64,000 nucleotides of DNA from Elusimicrobiota bacterium (GTDB lineage Bacteria > Elusimicrobiota > Elusimicrobia > Elusimicrobiales > UBA9959), in NCBI GenBank assembly GCA_036574205.1, contig JAINCQ010000018.1:1-64000 (forward strand), given 5' to 3'. Under the pieces are notes generated by a model. That model saw only the letters and a list, made by a program, of their open reading frames with translations, did no database searches and was not told the DNA's origin. Position 1 is the first letter of the stretch; every line of letters begins with the position of its first letter. Positions 1 through 9,166 of the stretch are shown piece by piece. Made by a program: the position numbers and the translations under genes.

Positions 1-2774
1 TAGATACTGTAAAGCAGGCTGAGCTATTTGGGATGATAAGGGAGCATTATGGGATACCGAGACAGGAGAACCTGAGTTTAAAAGATTATCCAACGATAAG
101 ACATTGCGTTAAGTTTGTAATGGAAAATAAATCTCAATCAAAAACACAGATTGAAAAACAGGAGATTAAAACTGAAAAAAAGATTAAAGTTGATGAAAAA
201 AGACAGATTCCTACAAATACCAATGTGGCGGTTAAAGAAAAACTCAAAATTGATGTTTCAACCATAATTGATCAGATAAAAAATAAACATACCAGACACA
301 TAAGATATGTTCCAGTCGTAAGAGAGATGCCAGTTAAGGATGAAATAATAAAGAAGCTTGACCCAGCAAGAGCTGCTTTGATTATAGGCGAAAATATAGA
401 GTTGATCAAGCTTTTTAGAACGGAGTTTTCAAAACTTGGACTTAATAGCATTGTAATAACATCAACAGATACTAAAATCCGGGATAGTTATATTGTTGAT
501 TTTAATAATTTGAAAGAGGTTGAAGAGTTAATAAAAACTCTTTCCTCTAAATACAACATAAGCGGTATAGCTTATCTTATGGGAATGATAGAAAAGTCTC
601 TTGATTCAAATACCAACCCTTTCAATGATCTTAAATATTATGTTATGCCTTTGTTTTTATCGGCTAAATATTTTGCAAGTTCTTTAAATAATCCAACAAA
701 AGATTGCTCAACTTTTATAATTATGACTACAAATGTTGATGGTGGATTTGGCTATCTTACAAAGGAAAGTTATGATCCTATCTATGCTGCCATATATGGG
801 GTAGGGCTATGCCTTAGAAAAGAACATAATAAATCAGTTGTAAAAATAATAGATTTTCCTAAAGGGTATGATATGCAGAGCATGGTTAAGAGATCTTTTT
901 ATGAGATTCAATATTCAGACTTAAGATGCGCTGTTTCATACAATTTAAAAGGTAGACGGCATACTCTTTTAGCCATCCCATGCGCTATAAACAGGAAAGA
1001 AGAGGTTTTTAACCTGAAGAAGAAAAAAATTATAATAACCGGAGCTGGAAGAGGATTAGGGTCTCTTTTTGCAAAGATAGCATCATATAGATGGAAATCA
1101 GATATTATAATAATGGATATAATAAATCTTAATGGAGATTCCGCTAAATTTGCCGAAATGAGCGAAAAAGAGCTTATTGATTATAAGAATAATGTTTTAA
1201 CCTCTGAGTTAAAGAAAAAATATGAAAAACTTACCCCGGTTATCCTTGAGAAGGAGTTTGGCGCTATAAAAGATGGAGCAAATCTTTATAAAACAATTAG
1301 TGAAATAGAATCTCTTGGTTCAAAAGTATATTATTATCAATGCGACCTTAACGATATAGAAAAATTCCGTCAGGTTATTGCTGAAATAAAAGAAAAATTT
1401 GGCAAAGTTGATGGAATTATTCATTTTGCCGGGCTTGAGCGTTCTAAACTTGTGGTTGACAAGACATTAGATGAGTTTTTCTTAATATTTAACACCAAGG
1501 CAAATAGCGCGATTAATTTTTGGAAGGAGAATATAATAAAAGAAAACGGCCTCTGGGTTATGGTCTCTTCCGTTGCTGGAAAATTTGGGAATTTTGGACA
1601 AACTGATTATGCTGCGGCATCTGATTATATATCTAAATTTGCCATAAATCTTTATAATAAGGGAGCAAGGGCTTTTGCTATAGATATGACTGCTATAGCT
1701 AATATTGGAATGGGGACAAGACCTGGAGTTGAGGCATTTTTGAAGTCGCAGAAGGTTGATTTCCTTTACCCTGAAGAAGTGATGAATGCTTTAGCCGATG
1801 AAATATCTTATGGTGAATTTTCAGAGGTAATTTACTCTGGTTCGCTTGGAAACCTTGATTTAGATAAACAGCTTCAATATGAAGAAAATTTCCCATCTGG
1901 TTGTTTGGAGAAAGATAATAATTTAAAGTTCCATTTTCATGAAAAAATAATTCAAAACTCAGATTCCTCTGGCTTTAAAGCTCAGAAGAAACTTTCAGTT
2001 GAAAGCGAAAATTATCTTTTGGATCATGCGATTAACGAAACCCCTGTTTTCCCCGGTGTTATGGGGCTTGAAACATTTGCCCAAACTGTTAGCGCTTATA
2101 TTGGAAATTTCCCGTTAAAGCTAAACAATATTGCTTTTAAACTTCCAATTAAACTTCTTAAAAATAAACCTATTATTATTAATATAGAAGCACAAAAATC
2201 TGAAGATTCAATAAATATGAAAATATCAAGTGATTTTATAAATTCAAAAGGTATTAAGATGGGAGATACAAGGATTCATTTTACCGCTGATTATCTAATA
2301 AATCAGGCTTTAGAGTTTAAGAAAGTGGAGTTGCCATCTATAAAAAACAAATATAAAACCGATAAAGAAACAATATATAAAATTTACTTCCACGGACCAA
2401 GTTTTCAGGTTCTTGATGGAATAATAGATGCTGATAGAGACAGTGTTCTGGCAGTATTTAAGAGACCTCAAAAAAAGCTTTTGGGTAATAAAGATTTTGA
2501 CTATTGCTTTCATCCGCTTGTTATAGAAGCAATGTTTCAGGCTTGTGGATGGCGTGATCTTTATAACGACAATAAAATGACATTGCCAGATTTTATTGAG
2601 AGCGTTTTGATAAAAGATAATAAAACTGATCCTGATAAGCTTTTTGTTTATTCTATTTTTAAAGGGCTTAATGAATATGGCAGAAGCGTTTATGATGCCT
2701 GGGCTTTTGATGAAAGCGGCCAGATATTTGCTCAGATTATAAATTATGTTATGATCCCGATCAATATTCTATAA
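1..2774 (+). CDS. Type I PKS/FAS-like megasynthase, C-terminal part (ACP end - KR - DH), PfaA-like; 5' truncated by window
   Basis: Frame open from base 3 ([29 protein letters not shown]-like); KR motifs [34 protein letters not shown] motif [19 protein letters not shown] and EAMFQ. Confidence 0.85.
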   Translation, partial: DTVKQAELFGMIREHYGIPRQENLSLKDYPTIRHCVKFVMENKSQSKTQIEKQEIKTEKKIKVDEKRQIPTNTNVAVKEKLKIDVSTIIDQIKNKHTRHIRYVPVVREMPVKDEIIKKLDPARAALIIGENIELIKLFRTEFSKLGLNSIVITSTDTKIRDSYIVDFNNLKEVEELIKTLSSKYNISGIAYLMGMIEKSLDSNTNPFNDLKYYVMPLFLSAKYFASSLNNPTKDCSTFIIMTTNVDGGFGYLTKESYDPIYAAIYGVGLCLRKEHNKSVVKIIDFPKGYDMQSMVKRSFYEIQYSDLRCAVSYNLKGRRHTLLAIPCAINRKEEVFNLKKKKIIITGAGRGLGSLFAKIASYRWKSDIIIMDIINLNGDSAKFAEMSEKELIDYKNNVLTSELKKKYEKLTPVILEKEFGAIKDGANLYKTISEIESLGSKVYYYQCDLNDIEKFRQVIAEIKEKFGKVDGIIHFAGLERSKLVVDKTLDEFFLIFNTKANSAINFWKENIIKENGLWVMVSSVAGKFGNFGQTDYAAASDYISKFAINLYNKGARAFAIDMTAIANIGMGTRPGVEAFLKSQKVDFLYPEEVMNALADEISYGEFSEVIYSGSLGNLDLDKQLQYEENFPSGCLEKDNNLKFHFHEKIIQNSDSSGFKAQKKLSVESENYLLDHAINETPVFPGVMGLETFAQTVSAYIGNFPLKLNNIAFKLPIKLLKNKPIIINIEAQKSEDSINMKISSDFINSKGIKMGDTRIHFTADYLINQALEFKKVELPSIKNKYKTDKETIYKIYFHGPSFQVLDGIIDADRDSVLAVFKRPQKKLLGNKDFDYCFHPLVIEAMFQACGWRDLYNDNKMTLPDFIESVLIKDNKTDPDKLFVYSIFKGLNEYGRSVYDAWAFDESGQIFAQIINYVMIPINIL

Positions 2775-2794
2775 GCTTCATAAAAAATCCAATT

Positions 2795-3415
2795 ATGATA
2801 AATAATAAACCTCTATGGAAGATAGAGCAGATTGATAATATCAATCTTAATATAGATTTTCTTTGCGATTTTGAAAAAAATGAGTATTTTTCTTTTAAAA
2901 ACCAGAAACGAAGAATTGAATTTTTTGCGTCAAGAATTCTGGCAAAAGAGTTTATATCTGATTTTCTTGGAATTTTACCGCAAGAGATTTCAATAAAAAA
3001 CGACTCAAATAGAAGACCATATGTTATAGCCAGGGACAAGATTTTTTTTATCTCTCTTTCCCATAGAGGCGGTTTTGTTGGGGTTGCATTTGATAAAGAT
3101 TTTTCCCCATATATAGGCATAGATATAGAGATTATTGAGAATAAAAGATACGATTTTTTAAAGGAGTATATGCCTGAGATTGATTCATCTAATTCTAATA
3201 GTTTGCTTGAGATATGGTCTATTAAAGAAGCAGTTCTTAAGCTTTTGGGAAAGGGGCTTTCTGTAGATATGAGACTTATTGAGGTTAGAGAAGAAAAAAT
3301 TGAATTAAAAGGTATTTTAAAAGATTTGGCTGAGAGTTTTAAAATTAGTAAAATTTCTTATGAATTGATTAAACGAGGTGATTTAATATCCTGTATTTGC
3401 TGGGTGGAGGCATAG
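2795..3415 (+). CDS. 4'-phosphopantetheinyl transferase (Sfp-like)
   Basis: ISLSH, IGIDIE and WSIKEAVLK motifs; directly follows the PKS. Confidence 0.9.
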   Translation: MINNKPLWKIEQIDNINLNIDFLCDFEKNEYFSFKNQKRRIEFFASRILAKEFISDFLGILPQEISIKNDSNRRPYVIARDKIFFISLSHRGGFVGVAFDKDFSPYIGIDIEIIENKRYDFLKEYMPEIDSSNSNSLLEIWSIKEAVLKLLGKGLSVDMRLIEVREEKIELKGILKDLAESFKISKISYELIKRGDLISCICWVEA

Positions 3416-5125
3416 ATGGAAAACAATAAAAATAACTCTAATATGGAAAAAGATAAATTAAAAGATAAAAATGAAAAAGAGGATAAAAATACTAACAATA
3501 ACATTGAGTCATCTGCTCAATCTATTAACAAGACAGAGAAACCGAAAAGAACCAAAAAGAGCATTTTAAAAGAAGTCCCTTTAAAGTTGCAAAAATACAG
3601 GGAAATAATAAATTCAGCGCTTAACCAGAGCCCTCAGGATAAAATAGACGCTCATAAAGCAAAAGGAAAGCTTACCGCAAGAGAGAGACTAAATTACCTT
3701 CTTGATGAAGATAGTTTTGAAGAAATGGGACTTTTAGTAGAGTCAAGGTGCACTGATTTTGGAATAAAAGATAAACATATAAAAGGAGATGGAGTAGTTA
3801 CAGGATTTGGAAGAATAAATGGAAGAAAAGTTGCAGTTTTCTCGCAGGATTTTACATTGCTTGGTGGTTCGCTTGGACTTGCGCATGCTAAAAAAATCGC
3901 CTATATAATGGATATTGCAAAGAAAGTTGGATGTCCAGTTATTGGCATACTGGATTCAGGCGGAGCAAGGATACAGGAAGGTGTTGATAGTCTGGATGGC
4001 TATGCGGAGATATTCAGAAGAAATGTTGAATCATCTGGAATTATTCCACAACTGTCTATTATCGTTGGTCCGTGTGCTGGAGGAGCTGTGTATTCCCCTG
4101 CTCTTACAGATTTTGTTTTTATGGTTAATGGAATAAGTAATATGTTTGTTACTGGTCCTGCTGTGGTGAAAGCCGCCACTGGCGAAAATGTAGATTTTGA
4201 CACCCTCGGTGGCGCAAAAACACATGCTTCAAAAAGCGGAGTTTGTCATTTTGCGTTAAATTCTGAACAAGAATGTTATAGGACAGTTCGTGAACTTTTA
4301 TCATATTTGCCGTCAAACTCAAATGAAAAACCTCCAACAGTTGCATCAAATGACTCTCCAAAAAGAGAGACCCCTTTACTTGAAAAGCTCTGCGCTATAG
4401 ATCCTAAAAAACCTTATAGAGTTCATCATATAATATGGTGGCTTGCTGATGAACATAAATTTCTTGAGGTTCATAAGGATTTTGCCAAAAACATAGTAAT
4501 AGGTTTTATGAGATTAAATGGCGAGGTAATTGGAGTTGTAGCTAACAACTCTTCTTATATGGCAGGTGCGCTTGATATAGACGCAAGCGATAAAGCGGCA
4601 AGATTTATAAGGTTTTTGAATAACTTTAATATACCGATTCTTACACTTGTTGATGTCCCCGGATATTGGCCCGGTGTAAAACAGGAGCATGGAGGTATAA
4701 TAAGGCATGGAGCAAAACTCTTATATGCTTATGCCGAGGCCACAGTTCCAAAAGTTTCTCTGATACTCAGAAAAGCTTATGGTGGAGCTTATATTGCAAT
4801 GAGTTCTAAATATTTAGGTGGAGATATAAATTTTGCGCTTCCAAGCGCGGAGATTGCGGTTATGGGACCTGCTGGTGCTATTGAAATACTTTATTCAAAG
4901 CAGTTGAAAGAAGCGAAAGATGAAGAAAGGCTAGCATTAAAAGATAAGTTAACTCAGGAATATGCTGATAAATTTGCCTCTCCATATCAAACTGCTTCAA
5001 CCGGCTCAATAGATGAAGTTATAGAACCAAAACTGGCAAGGAAAAAAATAATAGAAGCTTTTGCTATTCTTAAAAATAAAAATGTTTCTATGACAACAAC
5101 TAAAAAAGGAAATATCCCCCTTTAA
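3416..5125 (+). CDS. Acyl-CoA carboxylase carboxyltransferase (beta) subunit
   Basis: GKLTARER, GDGVVTG, DSGGARIQEG, GPCAGGAVYSPA, RKAYGGAYIAM, KKGNIPL. Confidence 0.95.
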   Translation: MENNKNNSNMEKDKLKDKNEKEDKNTNNNIESSAQSINKTEKPKRTKKSILKEVPLKLQKYREIINSALNQSPQDKIDAHKAKGKLTARERLNYLLDEDSFEEMGLLVESRCTDFGIKDKHIKGDGVVTGFGRINGRKVAVFSQDFTLLGGSLGLAHAKKIAYIMDIAKKVGCPVIGILDSGGARIQEGVDSLDGYAEIFRRNVESSGIIPQLSIIVGPCAGGAVYSPALTDFVFMVNGISNMFVTGPAVVKAATGENVDFDTLGGAKTHASKSGVCHFALNSEQECYRTVRELLSYLPSNSNEKPPTVASNDSPKRETPLLEKLCAIDPKKPYRVHHIIWWLADEHKFLEVHKDFAKNIVIGFMRLNGEVIGVVANNSSYMAGALDIDASDKAARFIRFLNNFNIPILTLVDVPGYWPGVKQEHGGIIRHGAKLLYAYAEATVPKVSLILRKAYGGAYIAMSSKYLGGDINFALPSAEIAVMGPAGAIEILYSKQLKEAKDEERLALKDKLTQEYADKFASPYQTASTGSIDEVIEPKLARKKIIEAFAILKNKNVSMTTTKKGNIPL

Positions 5126-5181
5126 TTTATTAATCATGATACAATATAAATAAATGATAAGTTATAATTTAAGGAGATAAA

Positions 5182-6024
5182 ATGGAAATAAAATTCTGGG
5201 GAGTTAGGGGTTCTATACCGGTATGTGGCAGCCAGTTTCTAAAATATGGTGGTAATACCACCTGCCTTGAAATAACAGATAAAAATGGGGATATTTTAAT
5301 AATAGATTGTGGGACTGGTGTAAAAAATCTTGGTAAGGAGATAGTCAGAAGGAATATAAGAAAAATTCATATAGTATTTACTCATCAACACTGGGATCAT
5401 ATATTGGGATTTCCTTTTTTTGCTCCAATATATGATAAAAGAAATGAAATAATAATAACAGGTTGCTCTTACACTACTGATGATTTAAGATCTATTGTTT
5501 CAAAAATAATGCAGCCACCAGGCTTTCCAGTAAAGTTTGAGGAGATAGATGCAAAATTTAGTTTTGTTCCTATGTGTAAAGGTGGGTGTATCATAAATAA
5601 TATAAAAATTTTCCCTATAGAGTTAAGCCATCCAAATGGCGGCCTTGGATATAAGTTTATAGAAGAAGGCAAAACATTTGTTTTTTTAACAGATAATGAG
5701 TTAAAATACACTCATCCCGGTGGAAAAAGTTTTGATGAATATGTATCTTTTTGTAAAGACGCCGATATTCTGGTCTGTGATGCTGATTATACTGATAAAG
5801 AATATAAGATAAGAAAAACATGGGGACATTCTACCTATAAAGATGCGCTTGAACTTGCCATTAAATCAAATGTAAAAAAATTATATCTTTTTCATCACAA
5901 CCAGGATAGAACAGATAAGGAAATAGATTTAATTGTTAAAAAATGTAATAAATTCCTCAAAAAAAACGGCTATAAAACAAAATGTTTTGCTTCAAAAGAA
6001 GGCGAAAAAATAAAATTGGGTTAA
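5182..6024 (+). CDS. MBL-fold metallo-hydrolase
   Basis: FWGVRGSIP, THQHWDHILG, WGHS, LFHH. Confidence 0.9.
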   Translation: MEIKFWGVRGSIPVCGSQFLKYGGNTTCLEITDKNGDILIIDCGTGVKNLGKEIVRRNIRKIHIVFTHQHWDHILGFPFFAPIYDKRNEIIITGCSYTTDDLRSIVSKIMQPPGFPVKFEEIDAKFSFVPMCKGGCIINNIKIFPIELSHPNGGLGYKFIEEGKTFVFLTDNELKYTHPGGKSFDEYVSFCKDADILVCDADYTDKEYKIRKTWGHSTYKDALELAIKSNVKKLYLFHHNQDRTDKEIDLIVKKCNKFLKKNGYKTKCFASKEGEKIKLG

Positions 6025-6091
6025 ATAAAAAACACAAGTTCCTGAGACCTTCCTTAACTGGTCAAACCGTTCCTTCCCCATTAAATATATT

Positions 6092-6273
6092 TCCTCTCCC
6101 TTGATGGGAGAGGATTAAGGTGAGGGTGAAATCTCCTCACCCTAACCCTCTCCAAAAAAGGAGAGGGGATTTGTGTAGCAAGAAGATACAGTCTCTTTAA
6201 AATGGAAAATGGCATAAACGAGTGTCAAAATCCCTTCCCCCTTGATGGGGGAAGACAAAGGATGAGGGTGAAA
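6092..6273. repeat. Cluster of three REP-like palindromic units (CCCTCTCCC-loop-GGGAGAGG + GGTGAGGG tail), alternating orientation
   Basis: Units at 6092-6131, 6134-6169 (inverted) and 6231-6273; intergenic, GC-rich hairpins. Confidence 0.75.
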
Positions 6274-6530
6274 AAAGGAGATGGGACATAGCAGTTAAAC
6301 CGTCCCGAAAGATAATATCGTGTTTAAACTGTGGATAATAATTTATTGTAAAATCCTTAGTGATTTTTTTAAAACTTATGACAGGCAAATTAATTATATG
6401 ATATTTTACAAAATATAATCTTAACTTATTGGAATGATTGATACAATGAAGGTGCGCTTGTAAAATGTACTTTTTATTCATATAAAGATTTATCTTGATT
6501 TAGACTCGCATAAATAATAAAATTTAAAAT

Positions 6531-7235
6531 ATGAGTTATAATATTTTTAAAGATAGTTCATTTTATTTGTATGTAATTCTATTCGTTTCGTCTGCTATTG
6601 TTTTTATAAATTCAATACGCAGGCTTTCTTCTTTGAATGATTTGGAAGATGGGGATGAAAATGAGAGAGTTGATGAAGAAGTTACTCAAAAAGATGACGA
6701 AGTTCCTGTGTCATCATTAAATCCAACTATTGTTGAAGAAGATGGGAAAATAGAAGTTGAAGGTAAGCAGGAAAAAGAGATAGAAAAAATGGAATTTGAT
6801 AATGAATCTGATGATTCTTTGTTCAAAACTGCTTCTGTTCAAAAAGAAGAAGAGCATAAAGAGGAAGTAGTAGAAAAAAAACGTAGCGCTGCTGAAGAAT
6901 ATCTTTTAAGTTTGAATAATATTCTTGAAGAAATAAGAGAAAAACTTTCTGATCTTCCCACAAAAAAGGATATTTTATCTCTTCAAGAGAAGATTTCAAA
7001 TATAGAAAAACAGGTTCAAGATAATATCGTTAAAGAGAATTTTGAGTCTCAAAGCGAAACAAAAAATAACAGCGCAACAATTTTATCTGATCAACCTATA
7101 ACTCCGAAATATATTTATAAATATATAGAGGATATAGTTGACGATTATGAAAATATAGACAAAGAGATGATAAGAAAAAGACTTAGTATAATTTTAAGCG
7201 AATTAAAGAGTATATCTAAAGACACAGAGGATTGA
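6531..7235 (+). CDS. Hypothetical protein, N-terminal TM anchor, acidic/coiled-coil
   Basis: 234-aa ORF, hydrophobic N-terminus. Confidence 0.7.
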   Translation: MSYNIFKDSSFYLYVILFVSSAIVFINSIRRLSSLNDLEDGDENERVDEEVTQKDDEVPVSSLNPTIVEEDGKIEVEGKQEKEIEKMEFDNESDDSLFKTASVQKEEEHKEEVVEKKRSAAEEYLLSLNNILEEIREKLSDLPTKKDILSLQEKISNIEKQVQDNIVKENFESQSETKNNSATILSDQPITPKYIYKYIEDIVDDYENIDKEMIRKRLSIILSELKSISKDTED

Positions 7236-7265
7236 TTTGCCTTCTTTTATTTGGCAGGTTTGATA

Positions 7266-8654
7266 ATGATATATAAAAATGTTTTTTTCTGTTGTTTTTT
7301 TGTTTTTATTTTTTTCTGTTATGGATTTTCTGATGTATTACCTGATAATGCGTTTTCTTCTGAGGCAAGAGGAACAGTAGTTTTCCCAATTCTTAAAAGT
7401 CCAGTATCTGCTCGTTTTTATTCTCTTGGTGGAGTTGGTTCAACACTATATTCACATGACAATGTCTTTTATAATCCTGCGGCTGTATTTATAGATTATA
7501 ATTCTAAATCTGTTTTTTTTGATTTTCAGACTATAAATTCCGATGCGAAAAGATCCGATATAAGCTATTTGAAAAGGGTTGATTATAAAACCTATGGTTT
7601 TTATTTATCATATATAGATTATGGAGATTTTACAAAAATAGATGAAAGCGGGGTTATAAAAGGTTCTTTTTCACCTTATGACTATGTGATGGGTTTTTCT
7701 TATTCTTCTGGCAAAAGAGACAGGTTTGGCTTTTCAGTTAAATATGCGTATTCAAATCTGATTTATGAGACTGCGCATAGTATTGCTGCTGATTTTGGTT
7801 TTATACTTAAAGGTTTAAAAACTTATTATTCCTTTTTTGTCAGGAATTTAGGGATACCTGCTGAGATAAATGGTAAAACTTATCCTTTGCCCTTTGAGGT
7901 TGTTGGCGGAGTAAGATATGTTTATTCATCTAATTTAAACGGAGTTTTTGAGCTTAAAATGCCATGCGATAGCGATCCTTATTTTGCGGGAGGGGTTGAG
8001 TATAAGAAAAACTATGCAGATATTGCTTTTTATTTAAGAGGCGGGGTTAATTTGATGAATAAAAAATATTTAGGGCTTGGTTCTATTTTTTCTGCTGGTT
8101 TTGGTCTTGAATTTAGTAATTTTTCGTTTGATTATTCTTTTTCACCATATTCAAATGTGGATATAACACATAAGATTGCAATGAAATTTGGCTTTGGAAA
8201 TCTTGATTTTAAAAAACAGGACGAAAAAAAAGAGTTTAAAGAATTCGTTGCAAAACAGATTACTATGAAGAAAAAACTTGTTGTTTTTGATTTTTATGTC
8301 AAAGATGAAGAATCTGAATATGGAAAGATAATAGCCAATTCCATAGAGGAAAGGTTATTAGCAAAAAACCATACTATGATTACAAGGCTTGATCCTGAGT
8401 ATATAAAATACGCAATATTGGAATATTCAAATATTGACAATGTTATAAAAACTGCAAAGAAACTTGAGGCAGATTTTGCTATTTGGGGACAGATATTATC
8501 AAAGGATGAGGATAAAGCGGAGTATCAGACATTTCTTATTAACCTTTCTAATAATAATGTTATTGAGTTTTCAATAATTTCAAATGTTTACGACATAAGA
8601 AATATTTCACTTAAATTGTCTGAGGAAATATCTAAAAAAATAAGTGAACTTTAA
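7266..8654 (+). CDS. PorV/PorQ-family outer-membrane beta-barrel with extra C-terminal CsgG/TolB-N-like domain
   Basis: Signal peptide; SARFYSLGG..FYNPAA N-terminal motif; FDYSFSPY..THKI barrel end; C-terminal LVVFDF..ADFAIWGQI domain. Confidence 0.7.
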   Translation: MIYKNVFFCCFFVFIFFCYGFSDVLPDNAFSSEARGTVVFPILKSPVSARFYSLGGVGSTLYSHDNVFYNPAAVFIDYNSKSVFFDFQTINSDAKRSDISYLKRVDYKTYGFYLSYIDYGDFTKIDESGVIKGSFSPYDYVMGFSYSSGKRDRFGFSVKYAYSNLIYETAHSIAADFGFILKGLKTYYSFFVRNLGIPAEINGKTYPLPFEVVGGVRYVYSSNLNGVFELKMPCDSDPYFAGGVEYKKNYADIAFYLRGGVNLMNKKYLGLGSIFSAGFGLEFSNFSFDYSFSPYSNVDITHKIAMKFGFGNLDFKKQDEKKEFKEFVAKQITMKKKLVVFDFYVKDEESEYGKIIANSIEERLLAKNHTMITRLDPEYIKYAILEYSNIDNVIKTAKKLEADFAIWGQILSKDEDKAEYQTFLINLSNNNVIEFSIISNVYDIRNISLKLSEEISKKISEL

Positions 8655-8688
8655 TATATAACATAACACCCTTCTTTTTTAATATAAT

Positions 8689-9165
8689 ATGATTATGACC
8701 CCTGAAATGGATATTTCTGTATCTGATATAATTAATTGTGACAATATTGCTATTGAAAATAAAGGGTTTGATAATCTGGATTTATTGATAAAATTTTCAT
8801 TAGATAAGATATATCCTTTAATTTCAAAAAGTATAACCCTTAAAAGTCTTAATGAAAAAATTTCTAAAGCTAAATCATTTTATACAGTTTTTGAAAACGG
8901 ACTTTTTTTACCTCATCTTAAATTGGATGATATAAACAATTTTAAAGCGCAGCTTGTAATTACTCCAAAAGCTGTGAAAGATCCACGAGTTGAATATGAG
9001 ATATATGTTACCTTTATGCTTTTTTCCCCTATTTCTCCCGCTTTTTTTGAAAAGCATCTTAAGATATTAAGTTCAATTACTCAAATGTTTAGAGATAGCA
9101 TTCCAAAGGTAATAAATATGAAATCTCCGCAAGAGGTTTACTCTTATATAAAATCCTTTAAATAA
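8689..9165 (+). CDS. PTS IIA-domain protein (Ntr/Fru-type)
   Basis: TVFENGLFLPH motif, HLKILSSI. Confidence 0.7.
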   Translation: MIMTPEMDISVSDIINCDNIAIENKGFDNLDLLIKFSLDKIYPLISKSITLKSLNEKISKAKSFYTVFENGLFLPHLKLDDINNFKAQLVITPKAVKDPRVEYEIYVTFMLFSPISPAFFEKHLKILSSITQMFRDSIPKVINMKSPQEVYSYIKSFK

Positions 9166-9166
9166 T

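Noticed and set aside
6197..6481. 94-aa minus-strand ORF
   Set aside because: Runs through the REP-like unit and an AT-rich promoter region; no motif or clear RBS
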